A stretch of 64,000 nucleotides of DNA from Bacteroidales bacterium (lineage in GTDB: Bacteria > Bacteroidota > Bacteroidia > Bacteroidales > VadinHA17): positions 30,892 to 94,891 of the forward strand of contig JBEKFE010000006.1 of the NCBI GenBank assembly GCA_050013475.1, read 5' to 3'. Below, one piece after another: positions 20,192 to 28,848 of this stretch. The notes beneath the pieces are model-generated. The model was given only the letters and a program-made list of their open reading frames with translations. It was not told the origin of the DNA and did not search any database. Numbering within the stretch: the stretch's first letter is position 1; each line of letters starts with the position of its first letter. The translations under genes were made by a program, and so were the position numbers.

Positions 20192-21232
20192 TCAGACGCC
20201 GAAGCTGGTTCCCATATCTCTGGCCTGTTTTACCATAGGATCGCCCGGATCAACAAGTCGTGTTTTACCGGCAACTTCACTCAAGGGAATGGAATTTATT
20301 CCGCAGTCGAAATGAGCTACCATCCTGCCATAATTCATATCGGCTATCATATTGGCTGCAGTTGAGCCGAACCTTGAAGCCAGGATCCTGTCCATGGGCG
20401 AGGGAGAACCTCCCCTCTGAAGATAGCCAAGAACCGTCTCCCTGGTCTCAAGGCCTGTCATTTCATTTATTCTCCTGGCAATATAACGGCCCGGTGATTC
20501 TTTTTTTGATGGGATATCAACTCCTTCCGCCACAACCACGATCGAATAAGGTTTGTTTTCTTCGGCCCTGGCCATAAGATATTCAGAAATTATATCCTCA
20601 TTAAAAGGTATCTCCGGAATCAGGATGACATCACCGCCACCCGCAATACCTGAATAGAGGGCAAGCCATCCCGCGTTATGACCCATTAGTTCAATTACCA
20701 TGATCCTTTTGTGCGAGTTAGCGGTGGAGTGAAGCCTGTCAATTGCTTCGGCAGCTATGTTTACTGCAGAATCGAATCCGAATGTGACATCTGTTCCCCA
20801 CACGTCGTTATCGATTGTTTTTGGAATACCGACCACATTAAGCCCTTCCTGCGAGAGAAGATATGCTGTTTTTTGTGTCCCGTTTCCGCCTATGCAAACA
20901 AGGCAATCCAATCCCATCTGCTCGTAATGTTCCTTTATAAGTACAGGCTTGCTGAGTTCCTTTTTGCCCTTGCTGTTACCCTTGAATGGCTTTTCACGGG
21001 AGGTTCCAAGGATCGTTCCTCCCAGGGTAAGAATACCTGAAAGCTTGTTTTCGGTCAGTTCGGAATACTCCTTGTTTATCATTCCGGTAAAGCCATCGCT
21101 TATCCCTATTACCTCCATGCCATATTTTACAATGGCTGTTTTACCGACACCTCGTATGGCGGCATTTATGCCCGGGCAATCCCCTCCTGCGGTCAGGATC
21201 CCTATTCTCTGTGGTTTTTTGTTTTTACCCAT
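20192..21232 (-). CDS. pfkA: 6-phosphofructokinase (PfkA family, mixed-substrate group III-like)
   Basis: TAGGDCPGINA, IGGNGT, IPKTIDND, ELMGHNAGW, LGYLQRGG. Confidence 0.93.
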   Translation of the reverse strand: MGKNKKPQRIGILTAGGDCPGINAAIRGVGKTAIVKYGMEVIGISDGFTGMINKEYSELTENKLSGILTLGGTILGTSREKPFKGNSKGKKELSKPVLIKEHYEQMGLDCLVCIGGNGTQKTAYLLSQEGLNVVGIPKTIDNDVWGTDVTFGFDSAVNIAAEAIDRLHSTANSHKRIMVIELMGHNAGWLALYSGIAGGGDVILIPEIPFNEDIISEYLMARAEENKPYSIVVVAEGVDIPSKKESPGRYIARRINEMTGLETRETVLGYLQRGGSPSPMDRILASRFGSTAANMIADMNYGRMVAHFDCGINSIPLSEVAGKTRLVDPGDPMVKQARDMGTSFGV

Positions 21233-21243
21233 ATTCCTCTGTT

Positions 21244-21310
21244 TTTCCCTCAGATCGCGCTGATCCGCGCAGATGGTTTTTCTGCGTTAATCTGCGATAT
21301 CAGCGGGAAA
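21244..21310. repeat. Imperfect inverted repeat of ~10-nt GC(A/T)GAT units directly upstream of pfk
   Basis: TTTCCCTCAGATCGCGCTGATCCGCGCAGA / TCTGCGTTAATCTGCGATATCAGCGGGAAA. Confidence 0.7.
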
Positions 21311-21469
21311 TACTATTTTTTGTCATCCAAATTTATCAAAATATGAACAGATCAGCAACATTAATTGAACCCGATCCGGGTTATACAAATGTATGGCAAT
21401 GAACTCTATTTATTGTTACAAATATGCTAAAAAGCGAAACCCTGACAGGAATTGACTATTTTTACATTC

Positions 21470-22351
21470 ATGGAACTTGATTATGTAAAACTAAAGGAGG
21501 TAAAACCGGTAATTTCCGGGTATATCTCTGAGGCGCTTTTCCTGATGAAGAGAGCGCCTGTTCCTGACGATGCTGCAGTTCACGACATCAGGGTGCTGAT
21601 GAAAAAGTCAAGAGCCGTAATGAAACTTCTTGCTACTCACCTCGATCCGGGATTGTTTCAAAAGGAGTATATTACATTCAGGGATATCGGGAGGGCGCTC
21701 TGTTCCTTCCGGGAGACATCAGTGCACAGAAAGACACTCAAGGGATTAAAGAAGATGCATCGTGAGCTCTTTTCAAGGCTCACGGAGAATGAAAAAATTG
21801 GAACACTGCTGAAAAAAAATGATATTCATGCAGAGATCCCTGCCGGGGTCAGGGCCTCTCTGGATATTACCATCGATATGCTCAGCAGGGCTGCTTTCAG
21901 GATACGATTCCTTTCGCTTGATAATCTCGATCCCAGGGTTCTGCTGCAGGAGCTGGAGAAAAGCTATAAGATCGTTTGCCAGGATTATGTAGATTGCAGG
22001 AACACTCTAAAGCCCGCGCATCTGCATCAGCTCCGTAAAAGGCTTAAGGATTTTCTTTACCAGCTTTATTTCTTCCGTCCTTTGAATCCTGTTATAATTA
22101 AATCGCTTGAAAAAAAGATTGACGGACTATCCCAGGATCTTGGAGGGTATAACGACCTCACACAGCTTCTTGAAGCGATCGATTATAAAATTTCCGAACA
22201 GGGTAAATCTCCGGCTATGGATGAACTTATGATCATAATAAGGAACAAGCAGGATGTATACCTTTCAAAAATATGGCCGGTGGCATATAAAATATTCTGC
22301 CCCGGCCAGCAACTCCTTAATGTGCTTGGATTCAAGCTGCTGATGATATAG
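21470..22351 (+). CDS. CHAD-domain (polyphosphate-binding) protein
   Basis: AVHDIRVLMKKSRA and HLHQLRKRLKDFLYQ..LGGYNDL CHAD motifs; likely start MELDYV. Confidence 0.88.
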   Translation: MELDYVKLKEVKPVISGYISEALFLMKRAPVPDDAAVHDIRVLMKKSRAVMKLLATHLDPGLFQKEYITFRDIGRALCSFRETSVHRKTLKGLKKMHRELFSRLTENEKIGTLLKKNDIHAEIPAGVRASLDITIDMLSRAAFRIRFLSLDNLDPRVLLQELEKSYKIVCQDYVDCRNTLKPAHLHQLRKRLKDFLYQLYFFRPLNPVIIKSLEKKIDGLSQDLGGYNDLTQLLEAIDYKISEQGKSPAMDELMIIIRNKQDVYLSKIWPVAYKIFCPGQQLLNVLGFKLLMI

Positions 22352-22378
22352 ATACTGCCTTTTTCCTGCGGTAAAGGA

Positions 22379-22882
22379 TCAGGTAAAGATGATCTGGGAA
22401 CCTTCGCCTCCTGCGAGGGCATAGAATTCACCAACTGTAAGAACACCAGAAACATGTTCGCAAAGATCTTCCTTTTTGAATTTGAACATATCCATAGCCA
22501 GCTTGCAGGCATAGATTTTACCGCCACCGGCAGTGATAAGATCCAGAAATTCACTTACTGGAGGAATATCCAGTTTGTCCATTCCGCTCTTCATCATTCC
22601 TGAAGTAAAAGCTTCCATACCCGGTATGATCCCGAGGAGGGTTGGCATCCGCATGCCACCCGGAAGCCTTAGTGCAGGGTTTCCTACAACGGCAGTGTGC
22701 AGCTTATCCATCCTGCCTTTCACAATTGCATCAAGTCCGAAGAATGTGAAGAAGATATTTGCTTCAATACCTTCCATTACAGCGCCGTTACCCAGGACAA
22801 GTGTTGCATAAACATCCTCAATTGCACCTTTAGCGCATATGAGATTGACTTTCTTTATTGGATAATTCTGTGAATCAGTCAT
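22379..22882 (-). CDS. DsrE2-like (DsrE/F/H family) sulfurtransferase
   Basis: IFFTFFGL and KIYACKLAMDMF (conserved Cys) of the DrsE_2 family. Confidence 0.85.
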   Translation of the reverse strand: MTDSQNYPIKKVNLICAKGAIEDVYATLVLGNGAVMEGIEANIFFTFFGLDAIVKGRMDKLHTAVVGNPALRLPGGMRMPTLLGIIPGMEAFTSGMMKSGMDKLDIPPVSEFLDLITAGGGKIYACKLAMDMFKFKKEDLCEHVSGVLTVGEFYALAGGEGSQIIFT

Positions 22883-22899
22883 ATATTTGGTTTTAAAGG

Positions 22900-23211
22900 T
22901 TACACGCAGCTGGCCGGTTTGGGAATACCTCCAATTTTTGTCGCCTTCTTGAGAGGAGCCCCAGGGAATAGCTGATAAAAGGTTTTGACATCAATGATCC
23001 CGGAATGATTAATACTCCTGATCGATAACGCATCTCCGCTGTTGTGCCTGTTGCGAAGGTATTCGATGATGGCAAAGTGCTGATCGGTCAGAACAATGCC
23101 CTCTTCCTTTGCAATTTCAGCGGCGATCTCCCTGGTCCACTGGGAAGGATTTGTAAAATAACCCTCCTCGTTAACATCTACAATTATTCCTGCATAAGTT
23201 TTCTGTGCCAT
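22900..23211 (-). CDS. tusE: TusE/DsrC-family sulfur relay protein
   Basis: Likely start MAQKTYAG; VNEEGYF..W, LTDQHFAIIEYLR, LFPGAPLKKATKIGGIPKPASCV (only the penultimate CysA). Confidence 0.88.
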   Translation of the reverse strand: MAQKTYAGIIVDVNEEGYFTNPSQWTREIAAEIAKEEGIVLTDQHFAIIEYLRNRHNSGDALSIRSINHSGIIDVKTFYQLFPGAPLKKATKIGGIPKPASCV

Positions 23212-23240
23212 TTTATAAAGTTTTAGAAATGTATTATTTG

Positions 23241-24473
23241 TTAAGAAATCATTTTTCCACTCATACTCATTTTTGTTGAAATCGGTAATTTTCTGGCTTT
23301 CAGAAGAATATTCCAATATACCCATTTGAACAGGAGTTTCCCCAAATGGTTGATCCTGCTCTCTTTCAGTAGGCTGAATGGCCCGATCACGGAATAGGGA
23401 AACACTCCTGGCAAAGGCTCGGTGTCATAGTTAAAGTCGATAAGCACTGCCTTATCGTATCCGGTCTCGATATAGCAGTTTGAATGGCCATCGGATATTC
23501 TGGTCAAAGGTTTGCCAGCTATATAACTCAGTAAATTTTCTGTAAGAATTTCAGCCTGGAAATGAGCTACGGCACCAGCCTTGGAGGCAGGGTAATTACC
23601 AGCATCGCCGATAGCGAAAATATTCTGATGCAACGTTGATTGCAGCGTAAATTTATCAGCCCGGACGAAGCCAAATTCATCCCCGAGCCCGCTCCTTATA
23701 ATTGCAGGATCTCCACCGTGTAAGGGAATACTGATCAGACAATCGAATGGAACCTCGCGTCCTCCGAAATCCCTGATCACTCTGGCTTCATTATCGACCT
23801 CGCCGAGGAAGAAATCAGATACAAGTGAAATGTTCTTTTTCTCAAGAAGGGCCCCAAGCATTTTCGATGAACGGGGCTTTGTAAATGCACCTGACAAAGG
23901 AGTTACATATGAGATCTTCACTTTATCCCTTATGCCCTTTCCTGTGAAGAATTCATCGGCCAGAAAAGCAAATTCAAGAGGTGCAACGGGACATTTTATT
24001 GGATTATCCACTATGTTTATAACAAGGTTGCCACCTTCCCAGGTTTTAAAGAAATCAGCCAGGGCCAAAGCACCCTCAATGGTATAGAAATCAAAGATCT
24101 TACTGTACCAGAGCTTGCCTTTGAGACCCGGAGTCTCCTCAGGAATAATTCTTGTACCAGTGGCAACGACAAGCAGATCGTATTCCAGAACCTCGCCTTT
24201 CAGTAACTTAACAGAATTATTGGCAGCATCGATCTTTTCAATTATATCATAAATTACACTGATACCACCCGATAATGTATCTGAGGTCGGTTTGATAATG
24301 TCCTCCTTCCTGTAATATCCAAATGGGATAAAAAGGAAGCCGGGCTGATAATAGTGAATCTTACTCTGATCTACAATTGTGATATTCCACTCTTTACGAG
24401 GAAGCTTCTTCCGCATTTTATTGGCCATGATGGTACCACCTGTACCAGCGCCAAGAATTAAAAGTTTTTTCAT
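23241..24473 (-). CDS. sqr: Sulfide:quinone oxidoreductase-like flavoprotein
   Basis: GAGTGG FAD loop, HYYQPG, KCPVAPLEF, FAIGDA, DGHSNCYIETG (two catalytic-type Cys), amphipathic C-terminus. Confidence 0.85.
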   Translation of the reverse strand: MKKLLILGAGTGGTIMANKMRKKLPRKEWNITIVDQSKIHYYQPGFLFIPFGYYRKEDIIKPTSDTLSGGISVIYDIIEKIDAANNSVKLLKGEVLEYDLLVVATGTRIIPEETPGLKGKLWYSKIFDFYTIEGALALADFFKTWEGGNLVINIVDNPIKCPVAPLEFAFLADEFFTGKGIRDKVKISYVTPLSGAFTKPRSSKMLGALLEKKNISLVSDFFLGEVDNEARVIRDFGGREVPFDCLISIPLHGGDPAIIRSGLGDEFGFVRADKFTLQSTLHQNIFAIGDAGNYPASKAGAVAHFQAEILTENLLSYIAGKPLTRISDGHSNCYIETGYDKAVLIDFNYDTEPLPGVFPYSVIGPFSLLKESRINHLGKLLFKWVYWNILLKARKLPISTKMSMSGKMIS

Positions 24474-24485
24474 CCGCGAATCCTG

Positions 24486-24513
24486 CTGTTATTTAAATAA
24501 CAAGGCAAATATA
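24486..24513 (-). promoter_or_regulatory. sqr operon -7 promoter element with adjacent Rex-type palindrome
   Basis: Minus strand TATATTTG-cc-TTGTTATTTAAATAACAG; the 16-bp core TGTTATTTAAATAACA is a perfect palindrome. Confidence 0.6.
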
Positions 24514-24766
24514 GAGATATTTATATATCAATATGTATAAAAGAATATTTGAAAAGATGATATTTAGCACTTTGAGGTTAATGCGTTGAAATACAGAAGT
24601 AACTACCAGTTATTTTTTCAGGATATCACCCGAAGTTCGGGTTTTAATATCTCATTGCCACCTTGCTCGTTACATATTTATGTACTGGTGATATATCCTT
24701 TGAAGGGAATTAATTAATATCTATATTTCGCAATTAATTTTTATGCAAATCCCAAAATACAATTTT

Positions 24767-25147
24767 ATGAAAAATGTACTTATTCTGATCATTCTCACTC
24801 TTTCATGTTTTAGTCTGTCAGCTCAGACATCAAAAGTTAAGCATAACCCTGAAGGCAAATGGGATTTCGAGGCCCCGACTGCACCAGGCGGATACACTTC
24901 CGGTGTGGTTGAAGTAGCTTCGGCTGAAAATAAATATTCAGCTACCATGTCATTCACCGGGAACGATTATAAGTTCCCTATTGACATGGTCAAATTTGAA
25001 AATGACAGCCTTAAGATTAACCTGAATATCGAGGGAACAGATGTAAATATCAAAATTAAATTTGAGGACTCGGATAAAATGTCAGGCGTAGCTGTTACTA
25101 ACGACGGGGAGATCCCACTGGTACTTACACGCGAAAAGGCTAAATAG
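24767..25147 (+). CDS. Small exported hypothetical protein
   Basis: Signal peptide MKNVLILIILTLSCFSLSA; beta-rich body (GKWDFEAPTAP). Confidence 0.7.
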   Translation: MKNVLILIILTLSCFSLSAQTSKVKHNPEGKWDFEAPTAPGGYTSGVVEVASAENKYSATMSFTGNDYKFPIDMVKFENDSLKINLNIEGTDVNIKIKFEDSDKMSGVAVTNDGEIPLVLTREKAK

Positions 25148-25164
25148 ATCGGCGTCATCTGCAG

Positions 25165-27138
25165 ATGAAAAAAATTATTGCCCTGATCTTTTGTGCTGTG
25201 CTGATAATTAATAAAGGCAATGCACAGATAGTTAACGGTACTCCTCTGAGCCAGAGGATTACAGGTTATAAAATGGATGTTGAACTCGATCCGGTATCAA
25301 AAATAGTTTCCGGAAGCATAGACGCCTACTGGGTGAATATTTCCACAGATAAGGTACCTGACATTCAGCTTCATATGTACCTCAATGCATTCAGGAGCAA
25401 TAGATCGACATTTTATAAGGAATCAGGCGGATCACCAGGTTCATCCAAAGATGATGCAGGCTGGGTTGAGATCAAATCGATGACCGACAGGAAAGGGAAT
25501 GATCTTACTAAAAATATGGCATTTATTAGTCCGGATGATGGCAATAAGGATGATATGACTGTCCTCAGGGTAGTCATGCCTGAACCCGTGGCACCAAAAG
25601 ATACTGTCTTCCTGAAATTAAAGTTCAGATCCAAGCTGCCGTCAGTGATCAGAAGAACAGGTTTCTGCGATGATTTCTTCTTTGTTGCCCAGTGGTTCCC
25701 TAAATTCGGTGTATATGAACCTGCAGGCATGAGATATGCAGTTAAAGGCGGATGGAACTGCCACCAGTTTCATGCCAATTCAGAATTTTATGCTGATCAC
25801 AGTACATACGATGTGAATATAACCTTACCTGAGAAATATATAGTTGGCACAGGCGGAATGATGCTTGACGAAAAAAAGATCGATGGCGGAAGGAAAACCC
25901 TGAAGTACAGAGCTGAAGACATTGTCGATTTTGCGTGGACCGCATGGCCGGGCTATGCCCTGGCAACCGATCAATGGAAGAATGTTAAGATAACATTCCT
26001 TTACCCCCCGGAAAGAAAAGACCAGGTTTCACGTCAGCTTACCGCAGTTAAGAATGCCCTCGAATACTTTTCTGAAAATGTTGGCCCTTACCCATGGCCC
26101 TATCTTACATTTGTCGATCCGCCAGCCAAAGGCAGCGGTGCCAGTGGTATGGAATATACGACCATTTTTACCACGGAGTCGACAACCGGACTTCCCGGGT
26201 ATATTCATGTTCCGGAGATGGTAACCATCCATGAGTTTGGGCATGCTTACTTCATGGGGATACTCGCGAGCAATGAATTTGAAGAACCATGGCTCGATGA
26301 GGGTGTCAATTCTTTTCTTGAAGAGAGAATTGTGGACCATTACTATGGACAGGGAGGAATGATAGACCATCCGCTTCTGAAAGTCGGGGATGAGTCACTT
26401 GAAAGAGCAGGCTACGTGGCATCAGGAAATAACAGGGTTGTCAGTAACGCCGAATACTCCTGGAATTATTCTCATTCCACATATGGCATGATGTCGTATA
26501 TGAAAACAGCCACATGGCTTTATACGGTAATGGGGATCATCGGCGAAAAAGCCACAAATGAGGTTTTCAGGGAATACTACAGGGAATGGGCATTCAAACA
26601 TCCTTCAGGAAAAAATTTCATCGCAGTATTCAGTAAGGTTGTGCCTGAGATATATGGAGACAAGTTTGGACCCGATATGAACTGGTATTTTGACCAGGTT
26701 ACTTATGGAACAGGCATCTGCGATTACAAGGTGGCAGGTTTCTATAATACCAGGAATACCGACTTTGAGGGAGTTATCATTGAAGGCGACTCAGTGAGGC
26801 TCAGGAAAAATCTGTTCAGGAATGATACAATATTTACTTCAAGGGTTGAACTGGAAAGGCTTGGTGAAATAACCCTGCCGGTTGAGGTACTTGTTCATTT
26901 TGATAATGGTGACCATCTGCTTGAAAACTGGGATGGTAAAAGCAGCTTTAAGGATTATACATATTCCGGAAAGAGAAAAATAGACTGGGTCAAGATCGAC
27001 CCTGACTACAAGATCAAAATGGATGTGAATTATGTCAATAATTCCATGACTCTTAAACCTGACAGGAAGCCTGTCAGACGGATAACAGATAAGCTGATCG
27101 GATTCATGCAGTTCTTTATAAGTTTTATTTCACTGTAA
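25165..27138 (+). CDS. M1-family zinc aminopeptidase
   Basis: SGMEY exopeptidase motif, HEFGH-X18-E (EPWLDEG), signal peptide. Confidence 0.92.
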   Translation: MKKIIALIFCAVLIINKGNAQIVNGTPLSQRITGYKMDVELDPVSKIVSGSIDAYWVNISTDKVPDIQLHMYLNAFRSNRSTFYKESGGSPGSSKDDAGWVEIKSMTDRKGNDLTKNMAFISPDDGNKDDMTVLRVVMPEPVAPKDTVFLKLKFRSKLPSVIRRTGFCDDFFFVAQWFPKFGVYEPAGMRYAVKGGWNCHQFHANSEFYADHSTYDVNITLPEKYIVGTGGMMLDEKKIDGGRKTLKYRAEDIVDFAWTAWPGYALATDQWKNVKITFLYPPERKDQVSRQLTAVKNALEYFSENVGPYPWPYLTFVDPPAKGSGASGMEYTTIFTTESTTGLPGYIHVPEMVTIHEFGHAYFMGILASNEFEEPWLDEGVNSFLEERIVDHYYGQGGMIDHPLLKVGDESLERAGYVASGNNRVVSNAEYSWNYSHSTYGMMSYMKTATWLYTVMGIIGEKATNEVFREYYREWAFKHPSGKNFIAVFSKVVPEIYGDKFGPDMNWYFDQVTYGTGICDYKVAGFYNTRNTDFEGVIIEGDSVRLRKNLFRNDTIFTSRVELERLGEITLPVEVLVHFDNGDHLLENWDGKSSFKDYTYSGKRKIDWVKIDPDYKIKMDVNYVNNSMTLKPDRKPVRRITDKLIGFMQFFISFISL

Positions 27139-27148
27139 TAATTACAAG

Positions 27149-27997
27149 ATGAATATTTTAAGCCATCTCAGTTCAGGCGCATCAAAGTCATTTCGATCTT
27201 GGAAATGGATACTTGTAATCTGGTTTGCAGTTTTGGTTCTGGTCTCAATCCTTGGACTAACGCTGAGGGGAGAGCTGAACGCGATTTTCGGCAAAAGCAT
27301 GATCACCGAAAAGCTTGCCGACGGGACAATTGTTGATGTTATTGCAAACGCCGGAACAGGTATGAGGATACTTATTTCATCTTTTACAACAGGGTTTTTT
27401 CTGATCACCTTCCTGGGAATCCTTGTTATTGTTTTCTTTAATGGCGGTTTGTTTACTGTATTAAGGACCAGTGAAGCTAAAACTGGTTCAACAGAATTCT
27501 TTGGAGGAGCCGCCTCCAACTTCTGGCCTTTCCTGGTGATCTGGCTGCTCATTGCATTGATGATAGCGTTTGCAGCATTTCTTCTTGTTGGTCTGCCCGT
27601 TGTGATAAGGGCCGGATCGAACTCAGCAGGATCACCCGTTATTCTGAAATTAACTTCACTGGTATTACTGCTTATTATGCCTGTTTTTCTGCTGGTGGCA
27701 GATTATGCCAGAGCCTGGCAGGTATCAAATGAAAGAAAGAATGCGTTCAAAGCCATCGGAAAGGGATTTGCAACGACATTCCGTCATTTCTTCTTATCAT
27801 GGTCTGCAATGTTCCTTATGATCGTCATCCAGGTTATTTACCTGTTTCTGGTCTTCAGGTTTACCGGCAGCCTTAAACCGGTGTCAGCAGGTGGTATCTT
27901 TCTACTCTTTATCCTTATTCAGGTATTGTTCATCATAAAGCTTTTTCTCAGGACCTGGAGATATGGAATCGTAACTTCTTTGTACGAAAAGCCGTAA
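27149..27997 (+). CDS. Multi-pass membrane hypothetical protein, probably co-transcribed with the M1 peptidase
   Basis: About six hydrophobic segments; 10 bp gap from the peptidase gene. Confidence 0.75.
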   Translation: MNILSHLSSGASKSFRSWKWILVIWFAVLVLVSILGLTLRGELNAIFGKSMITEKLADGTIVDVIANAGTGMRILISSFTTGFFLITFLGILVIVFFNGGLFTVLRTSEAKTGSTEFFGGAASNFWPFLVIWLLIALMIAFAAFLLVGLPVVIRAGSNSAGSPVILKLTSLVLLLIMPVFLLVADYARAWQVSNERKNAFKAIGKGFATTFRHFFLSWSAMFLMIVIQVIYLFLVFRFTGSLKPVSAGGIFLLFILIQVLFIIKLFLRTWRYGIVTSLYEKP

Positions 27998-28056
27998 GCC
28001 CTGAGTACTGCGTCAATAAGTATAAATACCCCTCATAAATAGGCTTTAACTCTACT

Positions 28057-28102
28057 TTACCCTGATCAGGATTAGGGTAATTTTGTGTTAATAAGTTCAC
28101 AT
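28057..28102 (+). promoter_or_regulatory. Promoter of the hdr-like operon: 24-bp palindrome, -7 element and Rex-type operator
   Basis: TTACCCTGAT-CAGG-ATTAGGGTAA (28057-28080); TAATTTTG (28078-28085); GTGTTAA-TAAG-TTCACAT (28085-28102). Confidence 0.6.
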
Positions 28103-28125
28103 TTATCTGAATTCAGAGGGGGGGT

Positions 28126-28839
28126 ATGGAAAGTCTTTATAATCAGCTTTTAAAGGATATAAGGTTTGTCGAGGGACTCAATGCCTGCATGAACTGTGGC
28201 GTTTGTACAGCGATCTGTCCTGCTGCCGAATTTTATAATTATGATCCAAGGAAAATTGTCGATGAGGTACAGGAGCGGAATGAAGAGACCATAGAGGAAC
28301 TTCTTAAATCAGATACCATCTGGTACTGCGGCGAATGCATGTCGTGCAAGACCAGGTGCCCGCGTGGGAATGCTCCGGGACTTATCATAATGGCACTGCG
28401 GGCACTTTCGCAGGAACTTGGATATTTTGTAGAATCGGAAAAGGGGAGGCAGCAGCTTGCAATAAAAAGAACCGTGGGAGAGTGGATAATTAACCATGGA
28501 TACTGTCTTTATCTTGAGGGGGTTGGAACATCATTGCATCCCGAACAGGGGCCGGTTTGGGATTGGATACAGGAGAACTGGGTTGAACTTTTTAAACGAC
28601 TGGGTGCAAATTATAAAGGCGATGGGCCCGGGATATTGAGGAAAATCCCCGAAGATGCAATGGAAGAGATAAGGGAGATATTCAGGGTTACAGGCGGAAT
28701 GAAAAGGTTCGAGAAGATTGAAGAATTCTCAAGAATAAAAGCAGCGGAGATGTCTTTAAAACTGGATGATGGGATTGACAATGATTATTTCCGATATATT
28801 TATAAAACAGATAATCAGTCCCATACAAGGGACAAATAA
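28126..28839 (+). CDS. hdrC: HdrC-like 2x[4Fe-4S] protein with C-terminal extension (sHdrC1-like)
   Basis: CMNCGVCTAICP and WYCGECMSCKTRCP; extension containing HPEQGPVW. Confidence 0.88.
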   Translation: MESLYNQLLKDIRFVEGLNACMNCGVCTAICPAAEFYNYDPRKIVDEVQERNEETIEELLKSDTIWYCGECMSCKTRCPRGNAPGLIIMALRALSQELGYFVESEKGRQQLAIKRTVGEWIINHGYCLYLEGVGTSLHPEQGPVWDWIQENWVELFKRLGANYKGDGPGILRKIPEDAMEEIREIFRVTGGMKRFEKIEEFSRIKAAEMSLKLDDGIDNDYFRYIYKTDNQSHTRDK

Positions 28840-28848
28840 TATTTCGTA

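Noticed and set aside
21413-21430. Rex-like half site (TTGTTACAAATATGCTAA) between pfk and CHAD
   Set aside because: The right arm matches poorly; indistinguishable from AT-rich background.
22900-23211. DsrC as evidence of dissimilatory sulfite reduction
   Set aside because: Lacks the second C-terminal cysteine (CysB), and no dsrAB/dsrMK is in the window; TusE-type.
28026-28127. Invertible promoter flanked by inverted repeats
   Set aside because: The perfect IR is only 7 bp (ATACCCC/GGGGTAT), includes part of the start codon, and no recombinase is nearby.
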